Of a stretch of 48,030 nt of DNA, positions 22,151 to 36,110 are shown piece after piece. Source of the DNA: Nemertoderma westbladi (lineage: Eukaryota > Animalia > Xenacoelomorpha); NCBI GenBank assembly GCA_032718475.1, contig JAUCBJ010001631.1, positions 1 through 48,030 of the forward strand. The letters are read 5' to 3'. The translations under genes and the position numbers were made by a program. The first letter of the stretch is position 1; each line of letters opens with the position of its first letter. The notes below the pieces were generated by a model, which worked only from the letters and a program-made list of their open reading frames with translations, was not told the DNA's origin and did not search any database.

Positions 22151-25100
22151 AGACTGTATGTGATTGTATCTGAGTGTATGTGTGCGTTTGTGGTTGTATG
22201 TAAGTGTATATGTCCATCTTTGACTGTATGTGTTTGTATCTGAGTGTATGTGTGCGTTTGTGGTTGTATGTAAGTGTATATGTCCATCTTTGACTGTATG
22301 TGATTGTATCTGAGTGTATGTGTGCGTTTGTGGTTGTATGTAAGTGTATATGTCCATCTTTGACTGTATGTGATTGTATCTGAGTGTATGTGTGCGTTTG
22401 TGGTTGTATGTAAGTGTATATGTCCATCTTTGACTGTATGTGATTGTATCTGAGTGTATGTGTGCGTTTGTGGTTGTATGTAAGTGTATATGTCCATCTT
22501 TGACTGTATGTGATTGTATCTGAGTGTATGTGTGCGTTTGTGGTTGTATGTAAGTGTATATGTCCATCTTTGACTGTATGTGATTGTATCTGAGTGTATG
22601 TGTGCGTTTGTGGTTGTATGTAAGTGTATATGTCCATCTTTGACTGTATGTGATTGTATCTGAGTGTATGTGTGCGTTTGTGGTTGTATGTAAGTGTATA
22701 TGTCCATCTTTGACTGTATGTGATTGTATCTGAGTGTATGTGTGCGTTTGTGGTTGTATGTAAGTGTATATGTCCATCTTTGACTGTATGTGATTGTATC
22801 TGAGTGTATGTGTGCGTTTGTGGTTGTATGTAAGTGTATATGTCCATCTTTGACTGTATGTGATTGTATCTGAGTGTATGTGTGCGTTTGTGGTTGTATG
22901 TAAGTGTATATGTCCATCTTTGACTGTATGTGATTGTATCTGAGTGTATGTGTGCGTTTGTAGTTGTATGTAAGTGTATATGTCCATCTTTGACTGTATG
23001 TGATTGTATCTGAGTGTATGTGTGCGTTTGTAGTTGCATGTAAGTGTATATGTCCATCTTTGACTGTATGTGATTGTATCTGAGTGTATGTGTGCGTTTG
23101 TAGTTGTATGTAAGTGTATATGTCCATCTTTGACTGTATGTGATTGTATCTGAGTGTATGTGTGCGTTTGTAGTTGCATGTAAGTGTATATGTCCATCTT
23201 TGACTGTATGTGATTGTATCTGAGTGTATGTGTGCGTTTGTAGTTGTATGTAAGTGTATATGTCCATCTTTGACTGTATGTGATTGTATCTGAGTGTATG
23301 TGTGCGTTTGTAGTTGTATGTAAGTGTATATGTCCATCTTTGACTGTATGTGATTGTATCTGAGTGTATGTGTGCGTTTGTAGTTGTATGTAAGTGTATA
23401 TGTCCATCTTTGACTGTATGTGATTGTATCTGAGTGTATGTGTGCGTTTGTAGTTGCATGTAAGTGTATATGTCCATCTTTGACTGTATGTGATTGTATC
23501 TGAGTGTATGTGTGCGTTTGTAGTTGTATGTAAGTGTATATGTCCATCTTTGACTGTATGTGATTGTATCTGAGTGTATGTGTGCGTTTGTAGTTGTATG
23601 TAAGTGTATATGTCCATCTTTGACTGTATGTGACTGTATGTGATTGTATCTGAGTGTATGTGTGCGTTTGTAGTTGTATGTAAGTGTATATGTCCATCTT
23701 TGACTGTATGTGATTGTATCTGAGTGTATGTGTGCGTTTGTAGTTGCATGTAAGTGTATATGTCCATCTTTGACTGTAGGTGATTGTATCTGAGTGTATG
23801 TGTGCGTTTGTAGTTGTATGTAAGTGTATATGTCCATCTTTGACTGTATGTGATTGTATCTGAGTGTATGTGTGCGTTTGTAGTTGTATGTAAGTGTATA
23901 TGTCCATCTTTGACTGTATGTGATTGTATCTGAGTGTATGTGTGCGTTTGTGGTTGTATGTAAGTGTATATGTCCATCTTTGACTGTATGTGATTGTATC
24001 TGAGTTTATGTGTGCGTTTGTGGTTGTATGTAAGTGTATATGTCCATCTTTGACTGTATGTGATTGTATCTGAGTGTATGTGTGCGTTTGTGGTTGTATG
24101 TAAGTGTATATGTCCATCTTTGACTGTATGTGATTGTATCTGAGTGTATGTGTGCGTTTGTAGTTGTATGTAAGTGTATATGTCCATCTTTGACTGTATG
24201 TGATTGTATCTGAGTGTATGTGTGCGTTTGTGGTTGTATGTAAGTGTATATGTCCATCTTTGACTGTATGTGATTATATCTGAGTGTGTATGTGTGCGTT
24301 TGTAGTTGTATATAAGTGTATATGTCCATCTTTGACTGTATGTGATTGTATCTGAGTTTATGTGTGCGTTTGTGGTTGTATGTAAGTGTATATGTCCATC
24401 TTTGACTGTATGTGATTGTATCTGAGTGTATGTGTGCGTTTGTAGTTGTATGTAAGTGTATATGTCCATCTTTGACTGTATGTGATTGTATCTGAGTGTA
24501 TGTGTGCGTTTGTGGTTGTATGTAAGTGTATATGTCCATCTTTGACTATATGTGATTGTATCTGAGTGTATGTGTGCGTTTGTGGTTGTATGTAAGTGTA
24601 TATGTCCATCTTTGACTGTATGTGATTGTATCTGAGTGTATGTGTGCGTTTGTAGTTGTATGTAAGTGTATATGTCCATCTTTGACTGTATGTGATTGTA
24701 TCTGAGTTTATGTGTGCGTTTGTGGTTGTATGTAAGTGTATATGTCCATCGTTGACTGTATGTGATTGTATCTGAGTGTATGTGTGCGTTTGTGGTTGTA
24801 TGTAAGTGTATATGTCCATCTTTGACTGTATGTGATTGTATCTGAGTGTATGTGTGCGTTTGTAGTTGTATGTAAGTGTATATGTCCATCTTTGACTGTA
24901 TGTGATTGTATCTGAGTTTATGTGTGCGTTTGTGGTTGTATGTAAGTGTATATGTCCATCTTTGACTGTATGTGATTGTATCTGAGTTCATGTGTGCGTT
25001 TGTAGTTGTATGTAAGTGTAGATGTCCATCTTTGACTGTATGTGACTGTATCTGAGTGTATGTGTGCGTTTGTAGTTGTATGTAAGTTTATATGTCCATC

Positions 25101-25290
25101 TTTGACTGTATGTGACTGTATGTGATCGTTTGTGGTTGCATGTAAGTGTATATGGCCATCTTTGACTGTATGTGACTGTATGTGACTGTATGTGATCGTT
25201 TGTGGTTGTATGTAAGTGTATATGTCCATCTTTGACTGTATGTGACTGTATGTGATCGTTTGTGGTTGTATGTAAGTGTATAAGTCCATC
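22151..25290. repeat. 70-bp satellite composed of seven diverged decamers
   Basis: Unit TGACTGTATG TGATTGTATC TGAGTGTATG TGTGCGTTTG TRGTTGTATG TAAGTGTATA TGTCCATCTT repeated >40 times. Confidence 0.98.
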
Positions 25291-26400
25291 TTTGACTGTA
25301 TGTGACTGTATGTGACTGTATGTGACTGTGTGTGACTGTATGTGACTGTATGTGACTGTATGTGACTGTATGTGACTGTGTGTGACTGTATGTGACTGTA
25401 TGTGACTGTATGTGACTGTATGTGACTGTATGTGACTGTATGTGAGTGTATGTGACTGTATGTGACTGTATGTGACTGTATGTGACTGTATGTGACTGTA
25501 TGTGATTGTATGTGACTGTATGTGACTGTATGTGACTGTATGTGACTGTATGTGACTGTATGTGACTGTGTGTGATTGTATGTGACTGTATGTGACTGTA
25601 TGTGATCGTTTGTGGTTGTATGTAAGTGTACATGTCCATCTTTGACTTATGTGACTGTATGTGACTGTATGTGACTGTATGTGATCGTTTGTGGTTGTAT
25701 GTAAGTGTATATGTCCATCTTTGACTGTATGTGACTGTATGTGACTGTATGTGACTGTATGTGACTGTATGTGACTGTATGTGACTGTATGTGACTGTAT
25801 GTGACTGTATATGAGTGTATGTGACTGTATGTGACTGTATGTGACTGTATGTGACTGTATGTGACTGTATGTGACTGTATGTGATTGTATGTGACTGTAT
25901 GTGACTGCATGTGACTGTATGTGACTGTATGTGACTGTATGTAATTGTATGTGACTGTATGTGACTGTATGTGACTGTATGTGAGTGTGTGTGACTGTAT
26001 GTGACTGTATGTGACTGTATGTGACTGTATGTGACTGTATGTGACTGTATGTGACTGTATGTGAGTGTATGTGACTGTATGTGAGTGTGTGTGACTGTAT
26101 GTGACTGTATGTGACTGTATGTGACTGAATGTGACTGTATGTGACTGTATGTGACTGTATGTGACTGTATGTAATTGTATGTGACTGTATGTGAGTGTAT
26201 GTGACTGTATGTGAGTGTGTGTGACTGTATGTGACTGTATGTGACTGTATGTGACAGTATGTGACTGTATGTGACTGTATGTGAGTGTATGTGACTGTAT
26301 GTGAGTGTGTGTGACTGTACGTGACTGTATGTGACTGTATGTGACTGTATGTGACTGTATGTGACTGTATGTGACTGTATGTGACTGTATGTGACTGTAT
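25290..26400. repeat. (GTGACTGTAT)n decamer array
   Basis: Near-pure 10-bp tandem repeat with occasional variants and two embedded longer units. Confidence 0.98.
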
Positions 26401-26969
26401 GCCTCAAATCGAATTAGCCGACACTCACCACAGCAAGAAGGGTGTGTTATGGGCTCTGTCTTAGCTACGGTTGGTACCGACAAATCTGCTAAGTGATTTT
26501 TTGTCTGCTGATATGCTTTGACAACGTATCAGCCTTAAACTGTTGAGTACAACAGTTCAAGGGTAGCGTAGAATAATTGTGCAAGGTTTATTTTCAAAAT
26601 TCCTAGAATGACTGTCAATGAACCTACAAGTATGTCTCTGTCATTCGGGAGACTTACTATACTGTACCTATGTTTTGCCACATTATTTACAAGTCTAAAC
26701 AGAGTCTCACTAAAAGAATTTCTTTGTCATCGAACAAAATATTAAGTGTAACTTTATTTACGTGTAAACCAATATCTCGTATGTATTAGCATTAATTTCC
26801 CACTTGAACTTCTGGTATCTTTTCAAATTAATTACCTGTTTTTGTCCTTTATATTGTATGTACGGTTTACCCCTAATTTTACATTTTACCCCCATTTATA
26901 TTGTATGTACTGTTTACCGGCGTGAAATAAATATAATAATAATTACATTATATATACGTGTTATAAATA

Positions 26970-27660
26970 TAAGGGGCTTGATAATAAGGCGGCACGATGA
27001 GGTACATGAGGTCTTTGGGGACCTCATTGCCTCTGCATTTGGGGGGCGCATGCGACCAGTGCGAGGTTAGGTGGGGGGAGTTAGGGTGGATCTCCTGGCG
27101 CGGGGAGTCTGGACGGGAAGTCGGCGTCTTTCGATATTGCGATCGTAAATGCTGACGCCCCCTCATATGCTTGGACTCTGTTCTCCAACAGAGAGCCGAG
27201 CCAAGAAGGTGCACTCCAGCGCGGTGTGCGAAGATAGAAGGTTCTCCTACACCCCTCTTGTCGGAACCACCGATGGGGTGTGGTGTAAGGAGACCGAGAT
27301 TTTCATCAGCCACCTCCCTGAGACCCTAGCGGCTCGGCGGCAGGGGATGCGGGAACGCGGCCTAGCCTTCGTTCTCGGGGGAGTTCGGAGGCGGCTGCAG
27401 TTCGCACTCCACCGCTCAAACTCCCTTTTTCTGCGTGGTCACCGGCGACCATGGAGAGCGCTGTGTTTTGGGGATGGTACGGGGCTGCAGGACAATGACC
27501 TCGCAGACCGATATTAATCCCCGGTGCACCATTTTTTAATTGTATTGTTTATATTTTTAAGTGTATTGTTCTGTTAGGTGGTGGGAATTTGGTGCAGTTT
27601 TATATTTGTTTGATTAATTAATTATTATTTTTATTTTATTGTGTTCAGCCATTATAAATA
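26970..27660 (+). mobile_element. 3' fragment of CRE-clade (restriction-like endonuclease) non-LTR retrotransposon, frameshifted
   Basis: GLIIRRHDEV...; IVNADAPSY; CEDRRFSYTPLVGTTDG...RRLQFALHRSNSLFLRG resemble the RLE C-terminal domain of CRE elements; GC-rich island with T-rich 3' UTR. Confidence 0.72.
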
Positions 27661-28396
27661 TTCACATTAACAATATTATTGTTATTATTTTATATTAGGG
27701 CTATTCAAATATTCGTACTTGGTAACATTTAAAATTTATTCAAATAAATTATACTGTGCTTAAATAAAATCCTGACTTCCAGATCCATGATCCCGGTGAC
27801 AGAAGTCACCAAAAGGTCGTCCACATGCTACAAAGTCATCCGCAAAGTCTAGATCAGTTAGGTAATACTTGGCTGGATTTCCTCGATTTCTAGAGCCAGT
27901 AGGTGGTGTTGCCATTATGATGATCTAAGGACAGGCGTAGAACATATTCAACCACAATTATGAATTTATGAATAAGAATGGTGCAAGTGTGTATCCTCGA
28001 GGACTCCCCATAATACTTTTAATGGATCTGTGTCACCATCAACAGTAGACACAAATGTCGTTGAACCATCGTATACTGCTCTGATTGCTGCAAAAATATC
28101 TCTCATAAGTCCCAAAAAGGCTCCATAGTCCAACGACCTTTAGGGAACCCATTCTGATTTCCACGTAGCAGTTTCTCAATGTGATCATTGATGCGGTATA
28201 ATTATATTGCATAGATTTGCAGCAATCGAGATCAACGAGATACCCCAAAAAGATCCATAGAGTATTAGGTTGCCCTTCTTGGGAACTGGCACCAACTTAT
28301 TTGTCTTCATTTCTTGTAGGACTAGACTCTCTCCTTTCTGTACATGTGGTATTATGATAACTTTTGTTGGGCACAGCTTTGTAAAGTCGGCAATGA

Positions 28397-28467
28397 CGTC
28401 CAGGTGGGATCGAACTGGTGACCTCCGGGTTGGAAGTTAGACGCTCTAACCAATTAGCTAGCGGCTC
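28397..28467 (-). mobile_element. tRNA-derived SINE head / tRNA pseudogene
   Basis: Minus strand GAGCCGCTAGCTAATTGGTTAGAGCG...GGTCACCAGTTCGATCCC contains A- and B-box-like motifs; anticodon and acceptor stems pair poorly. Confidence 0.6.
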
Positions 28468-28599
28468 AGGTAAAAGGTTGACCTGGAAATACTCCACTCG
28501 CACGATTGTCTTAATTCACTTTGCAGTAGACTTGACTTCAGGAAAGGAGATATCGGCAATGGGAGTATCTGGGAGTACAGACTCAGACACTTTTACTTC

Positions 28600-31500
28600 T
28601 ATTCATTTAATTCATTCATTTCATTTCCGGATTTGGCCCCGGTGGCTTTAATTGAATTAAAATGTTAAAACCAAATATATAAAACGTCGCATGACCGGTA
28701 CTATAAATATAACAAAACATGTCCGGTATATATAGGCGATAAAATACTGCAAAACACATAAAACAGCAGAATATTATACATACTTTGCTCTATAGATAGA
28801 ATAAAATATTTAGGGTTGCGTTGCACATAAAATTTTGTCCCAAGATCGTGGTCGGAATACTAAACAATCTATTATTGTTATTCCTAAGTACCACACTGTA
28901 TGTGTTGCTTCTAAACTATTTGCCACCTGGGTTGAAAATATTCTACTATCACGTCGTGTTTTACGTTGAAATTATACTTGGGTTTATTTAAAACTACCTG
29001 CATATATAGTGCGTCAAAGTGAATGCTGGAACATATGTTAATTAAGTCGTGTTTACCTTCCTGTTTTTTCTGATAAATGATCTGTTTAATTTTGTATTGA
29101 TTAATTGAGAGTGCTTCTAGCGATGGAAATCCAAGTTGAAATGCGTCTGCTGTAATCTTGTAGCATTAAATCTTTCGATATTCCCACTATATGGTGTGAA
29201 AAGAGGTAATAAGAGAGATAGATCCCCTTGGTATTAGAATTGAATGCGCTGTAATTAGAGCGAAGACTTGCTGACTTTAGAAGAAATTTGGAATGAGGAA
29301 TGTACAATCTATTGTTTGGTTGGATACATAGTTTTTGACAGATAGTATGCTTCTCAGTGCTTTATATCAGGTTATTTTAATATCTTCTATAATGTTACTT
29401 GGAATGCAAGCACATCCATAAAGTGCTGATGGTAGGCAGACCGTATTCCATAACAGTCTAGTAATATCGAATGGAACACTGTCAGCTCCAAACCAATTAT
29501 CCTGTAATTGGTGCAGATTTCCCCATATGCGCTTGGTGTAATGGTCTCTTAACTTCCAGTTTTCTGCTGGTAGAGGAAGACCCAAGAAAGAAATAAAATT
29601 CGATTGAATGATAGCAGTGCCACGCTCCAAGTACACTTGTTCCTCTTTACGTGTAATCATTCCAGATGGGATCTCAAGTTTCGTGTAACTTGTGACAAAC
29701 CATGTTTTTTTCAAACTTAATCTGTGCTTTTTGAAATAACTTTCACAAGTAGTTAGCAAGAACTGTGCGTATTTGAGGTTAGCCATAATAATTAAATAAT
29801 CATCTGCATATACTAGCATTGGAAATGATATTTTATTTAAGTGCAGTCCTTTCCCGGATTGTTTGAGTTCTTCGACTAGGTCTCGCATGTAAAAATTAAA
29901 GAGGAATGCAGAGATGATCCCTCCCTGGCGTACTCCCTGCTTTAACACAATAGATTGTCTGGATATAATGTTATTCAGGGCTATAAATAAGATGCTAAAG
30001 TTAGAAGGATTGATTTGCTGATGTTGGTGTTCTCCAATTTGTCGAAGAGGGTCTTGTAAGATACAGTGTCAAAAACTGATGAAAGGTCTAGGGATATAAT
30101 ATACACTTTTGATCCATGGGAATTGAAATGTTTTGTTAATCTGTTTGCTAGGATGTATGGCAACTCTGTGCTTATCCACTTCTGTAGCCCATTTGAAGAT
30201 CACTAAGTCTGATCTTTTTTATTTCATTCACTATTAGGAGCTCCCATATTTAGTTAATATTGGCATCACCGAGATAGCATGGTAATTCTCGTTGGTATGT
30301 ATATCTCTATTTCCTGGTTTGAGGTGGGGAAGAATGAGAGTTAAACATAAAGTTGTAGGCATGTGGTGTGACTGGTTTACGGAGTTATATAGGACTGGAA
30401 GAAAATTATATAATTCTTCTGAGTCACCATATATCATATGTTCTGAGGTAAGACTATGCGCGTCGGCTGCCTTAATTCTGTGCAAACTTTTAACTGCCTC
30501 CTTGATTTGGCCTGACGTGATATTAATTTTTGCATCGTTTGTAGCAAATTCATGAGTGGTATCACTTGCAGTCCATTCATCTTCAGTATTGTTCCCATTG
30601 AAAAATTATTTATAATGCATAAATAAATCATCAGTGTTTGATACAGGAACATCTTTCTTTTGTTCTTTCTTAATGCTCCGCCAGAATTTAGTTTTATTAT
30701 ATTTACTGGAAGATAATAATTCAGTGATGTGGTGAACATATTCACTGTGTTCTAATTGTGATCTAGCTTGGAGATACTCAAGTTTCTGAGCTGCAGATAA
30801 TTCTGTTGTGTTGTGTAACTTACAATATGTATCTGCAGGGTCTTTAAGGGTAGTTCTTCTTCTGTACTGTTTCATTATGTGCCGTTTAGGTCGAATCAAG
30901 GGGATGTATTTGGTGGATCTTTTGTATACTGTTGAAATAAGTTGTGAGGTTGTTTTCTCTAAAGTGCTTTCTATGGACTCGTTCTCTGTAAGTCGTTTCT
31001 CCAGTGTTTTAATGTTCTCTGTGACTTCTTTTTTGTAGTTGTTTACTTGTTGCTCTGTGGCTCTGTTGAATAAAAACCTTACTTTTTTCCTCCTTTTCCA
31101 GAGTTCTTCATGGTTTTGTTCGCCTCTATTTCCTTTTCTGGTTTCATGTATGGAAAACGCACAGCAAACAGGAAGATGGTTTGATTTGTTTAAGGTACTT
31201 CTATTTATAACACTGTAGGAATCAACAAAGCAGGTTAGACCAGTAGATGACACAATATGATCAATTCTTGATGATTTTATAACGTTCCCTCTTTTATCAT
31301 GGAATTGGTATGTTGATAAACTTTGATTCTCGTGCTGGGTGTCTATGAGATCACGATTGCACTCACTAAGTATAGTACTTGAGAATATGTCTCGGAATTT
31401 TTCTTTTGTGGGTGTCGAGTTTACATGATTGGAGATGGATTACAATATATGTCTCCGATAATCAGGATGTCTGATGAAGTGTGAAGATGATTGATGCTAA

Positions 31501-33300
31501 GGTAGCTATGGAGGCAAGATATTTCTCTCTGTCGCATACATTTCCACCACTTGAGGGCAGATATACAGCTAGAACGGTGATTATTTTTTATATAGTTTCT
31601 TTATAGAGATTCCAAGAATTCTATCAGATCCTGTGTCTATCTGTGAGCAGAAGCTACTGACATCTTTATCAATAAGAAGTGCTACCCCACCCTCTCCCCT
31701 AACCCGTTTTTTTCTAACATTTCGCTTGCTACTGTATAATAGCAGGTGTATCCATTTGGTGTATTTTCATTGCTGAAGTAACACCGTGCTTCACGTGGAC
31801 TAAGCCAGTGCTCTTGATGAGCTAGAATAGTTCGATTTGTTTCAGTTATCAGCGAATATATATATTCTAGGTTGTTTTTATATCCTGTACAGTTGTAAGT
31901 TAAGACATCAAGGTTTTTTGATGTTCTCGTCTCAGTTTCTAAGTATATTTATTTTGTACCATTCCTCATTTGCACCTACATTGAACTACGGTAGAATATA
32001 TGATGAGGTGTCCATACTGGTAAAGTACCAGGTAAGCTGTAAGTTGTTGGAGTTGGTAGTAGTGGTGGCCTTCTTGGGAAGGTTGTCAGTTTGTTTCTTT
32101 CCAGCATGTGTGAATTCTTCGGCATGGGATTCATGTGATACTGGTGCTGGTAGCTATACCTTGAATTACTTGTGCTCCATTGGAGTAATAGTGTCAGAAG
32201 AATTTTGAGCAAATTTGTTTGTATCTTTAACTGAGTGCAATACTTCAATCTGTAAATTCTTCCATGGCCACATATTATCATAAAGATAGGTTGCAACTTC
32301 CTCCTTTTGTATACCAATGTGAGCAGTACTTTCTGCCTTTTTAGTATCCTTTGCGATTAAGCAATTTGTAGAGTAGGCCCCTGTTTGTTTAAAGCATATA
32401 TTTCTCAGTGTCTCTGCTGAGATATTTGGGGGAAGGCCCGAGATGAAGATTGTTTCTTTGTCTTGGGAAGACTTCAAGGGTTTGTTGTACTTGAGCTTTC
32501 CTTCTAAGTTGTTGGCAATTGTTTTCATCTTCTCTATGAACTGGGACTGTTTCTGTCTTTCTGTACGAGAGTAGCAATTAGAGATTCTTGGTAGAGACAC
32601 TCAAATCTATTTCGACATTTTGTTTCTTGGTGTGTTTTTGAGATACCTGGGCTGGGTGGTCCAGTTTTCTTTGGGACTTGCCATGTATGTTTATCATCTA
32701 TTATGGCTTCAACTGATGCTGGTTTTTCCATTGCAGGGGGCTGTTGTCTGTTCATATCCTTTGCACTACAATTTGGACTACACTCATATATGTTTTGGTT
32801 TTGAACTAGATTTCTTTCGCTGATTTGAAAATGTTTGGCTTTGGTGATTCGGTTTTATACTTAAGTTCCATTTTTTCTACTTGTTCTGATATTAATACAC
32901 CTGGGCTTTTGGCTTTGTTAGTATTATGATTTATCTGTTCATGTCGTTTTTTATTTCCACTTTTTGTCTGCTTCTTGTTTCCTGCTGTTGATTTTCAATG
33001 AACTTCAGATGTAGGATTAGTATTACTATGAGTATGAAGGGTTTCTTAAGAGTTTCGTTCTTTGTCTTTTTCATTATTTTTCTCTAGGGTGTCCAGCTTT
33101 GTTTGTAGTTTTTGATGTACATGTTGCATTGTTTTCATTTGGAGTTATAGATCAGTGACAAGCTCTAATAATCGCAGGATCCCAAAAGAATCAACTGACC
33201 CAACGTTCACCCGTTTACGGAAGGCATTTGTTAGGGACTTACTTTCATATACGATTGCAAATTCTGCCACGTCAGAAACCAATTCGTCAATATTCCTGAT
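28600..33300 (-). mobile_element. Near full-length degraded LINE (ORF1 + APE endonuclease + reverse transcriptase; CR1/L2-like group)
   Basis: APE motifs HQEHWL, GGVALL, AVYLPS, IDHI, SNHLPV; RT motifs LDLSSVFDTV, GVRQGGIISAFLFNFY, YADD; many stops and frameshifts; (TGAA)n-like tail ~28600-28625. Confidence 0.9.
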
Positions 33301-33849
33301 TGTTTACCATGAAGAATAAAATGTGAGTTTCTTAATTCGGGGAAGAACATTAGCGTAGGTCGTGGCAATACTTGTCTGTTGGATCTGGACCTACATAGTT
33401 TCCCGAGATATTTTGGAGCTATATACTTAATTGTGCTATATTTATTTTATTATATATATATTATGTATATATTTATTATTTTTTTCATTCTCATTCAGTA
33501 TACTAAATCAGTTTTATTTCATTATTGGTCACTAAATTACCAATATTGTTATTACTGGCGCCAGAGGTTGAATAAATGCCAGCATTACTAGATATGGACA
33601 CCAAAAAAGCATCGTTGGACCCTGGGTTACCAAAAGGACCAGTTCCAGGGACCACGAAATTACTGGGTTCAAGCACAAAAATATCACCATTGGTCACAGT
33701 AAAATCGGCTCCAGGGACAGAACAGTTAGCAGCAATTCTGGATGCAGACATAAAATATTTGTTATTGGTCACTAAATTACCAATATTATTATTACTAGCG
33801 CCTTGGGTTGATGTTGGGCGCACTGTCGGACTGTTACATACACAATCAA

Positions 33850-33998
33850 AAATTCGGTCCCGAAAAAAAACTAGGACAATTCGGTCCCGGACAATTCGGT
33901 CCCATTTATTTAGTGTTTTGGGACTGAATTGTCCGGGAACGAATTGTCCTGGACCGAATTGTCCGGACCGAATTGTCCGGGACCGAATTGTCCTACAT
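33850..33998. mobile_element. Small MITE-like element of inverted 15-bp repeats (GGACAATTCGGTCCC / GGACCGAATTGTCC)
   Basis: Three forward and five reverse copies around a short spacer. Confidence 0.75.
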
Positions 33999-34699
33999 CC
34001 CGGACGCATATATAACTAGCCACAGTATAATTATATTGTTCGCTAAGATGGTTTGCAGCTTTTGCTGCACGAAGGCCACACTCGTGTTATAAAGTACTAA
34101 CTATCATTAGTGCTGGAATAATCAGTACTTATTTGAACCAAGAAAGCGTATTAAAGTAAGGTAAATTTCACTTAAATGACAATAATATTTAAAATGTACT
34201 TATAAGTTGAATAATTATACAAAATACAATATATACTTATTAATTGTTTTTATTACAATAGACTTTTGTAATTATGTAGGAACCTAGAACAACCCATTAA
34301 ACCCCACCCACCCTGCCCTGTCATTCCCCACTAGAGGAATTATCCTTATAGAAAGTGCTTCATTTTCTAGAGTTGTTAATGCCTGTTTAAATTTAATAAT
34401 AAGTTATACAATCTTTGAATGTTATTCCCCTTCGCTTGCGGATTTCCATTTCTATTTACGCCATTGGTCTTTGAAACATTGATTTACATTCCTGTATATT
34501 TTATAATGTGTCTTGTTTCTAATTCAATCAATTTCATTACTGTACTTTAGAATTTGAGATGAGAGATACAGAAGGTCAAAGATGCATTATAAATACATCG
34601 TCTGATTCGTGGGGCGATGATACAATGTTAACTGCTTGTACACTTATATAATACTTAATTACTGCTCACCAGGGATCTTTTCAATCTCCACATGAGAGT

Positions 34700-36110
34700 T
34701 AGGGCGGTGCGTTTTTTACTTTTTTCGATTTCATTGTTCTACCGGTGCGCAAAAGTTGCCAAATGGGAAAAAATTGAGGCAAAAAAATTTCTCTAAAATC
34801 CATCAATATCATGACGGATCCCAAGGGGGTTGAAATTTTGAGCCTTCGCGATGCACAACAATGAAATTTATAACAATATAACACATTAATGAAAGATCAA
34901 TGACCCAAGAAAGAACTTCCTGCATGCATCAAATGTCATAAAATGTGTCCAAACTTAGTTAGATACCAAAATTTGGATTTTGGGTTCAAAGGAACTAGTG
35001 CACAGGCACATGGCCAGAACCTAGCGCAAGTGACTCTTATTACCTATTTTCGCGATGGACAATTTTTAGTTCTCCTTAGTAATAGTTAGTTACTTATTAG
35101 TTAATTAGTTAATATTATGCTCATTAGAACCGCAATGACCGATTTAGTGGGGGTAGACACCATCAAAACAAGAGTAGAGCGAATCTTTCATGAGATATTG
35201 CAGAAAATGTTAAATCCGGTACAAGTCTACATTACCGCCTTGATGCAATATGGAAAAATATACTAAAAATGTTACTTTTAATTATCTTAAGGCATCAAAA
35301 ATATTATACACATCACTGCAAGGAATTAATTAGGTGCATACAGACACCTTCAAAATGAAATATTAGCAATTATTTTTCTATAGTTTTTTACAAAATGTTT
35401 GGAATGGGTCAACTCAATATAAAGTATCAAATTATTGGATAGTCTTGACATTTTGTAAAATAACTCAAGAACTAATGACTCTATTCATATTTTGAAGATG
35501 TCTACTCCCACTAAATCGATTATTTCTGTGATGTGTCTATTCTTGATTCCTTGAGATTGTTCAAAGTATAATTTTTAGTATATTTGTCCATATTGCATCA
35601 CGGTGGTAATGTAGACTTGTGCTGGACTTACATTTTCTGCAATATCTCAATAACTATTCGCTCTACGTTTGTTTTGAAGGTGTCTACCCCCACTAAATCG
35701 GCCATTGCGGTTCTAATGAGCTTAATATTAATGCAGTAGGAGAACTCAAAGTTGGCCATCGCGAAAATTGGTAATAAGAGTCACTTGCGCCAAATGGTAG
35801 GTTCTATGGCCATGTGCCTGTGGCACTAGTTGCTATGATCCAAAAATCAAAATTTTGGTATCTAACTAGGTTTGGACACATTTTATGACATTTGATGCAT
35901 GCAGGAAGTTCTTTTTTGAGTCATTGATCGTTCATTAATGTGTTATATTGTTATTAAATTTCATTGTGGTGTATCGCGAAGGCTCAAAATTTCAATCCCC
36001 TTGGGATCCGACTCCGAGAAACTTTTTTTGCCTTAATTTTTTACTATTTGGCAACGTTTGCGCACCAGTAGAACAATGAAATCGAAAAAAGTAAAAAACG
36101 CACTGCCCTA
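34700..36110. mobile_element. Non-autonomous hAT-type foldback element with ~570-bp inverted arms and 8-bp TSD
   Basis: TAGGGCGGTGCG...CGCACTGCCCTA termini; flanks ATGAGAGT (34692-34699) and ATGAAAGT (36111-36118). Confidence 0.88.

Noticed and set aside
22108-26483. Long His/Thr-rich ORFs up to 958 aa
   Set aside because: Open in all three minus-strand frames because the satellite lacks stops; no coding evidence.
28397-28467. Functional tRNA-Gly(TCC)
   Set aside because: Anticodon and acceptor stems do not pair; better explained as a SINE head or pseudogene.
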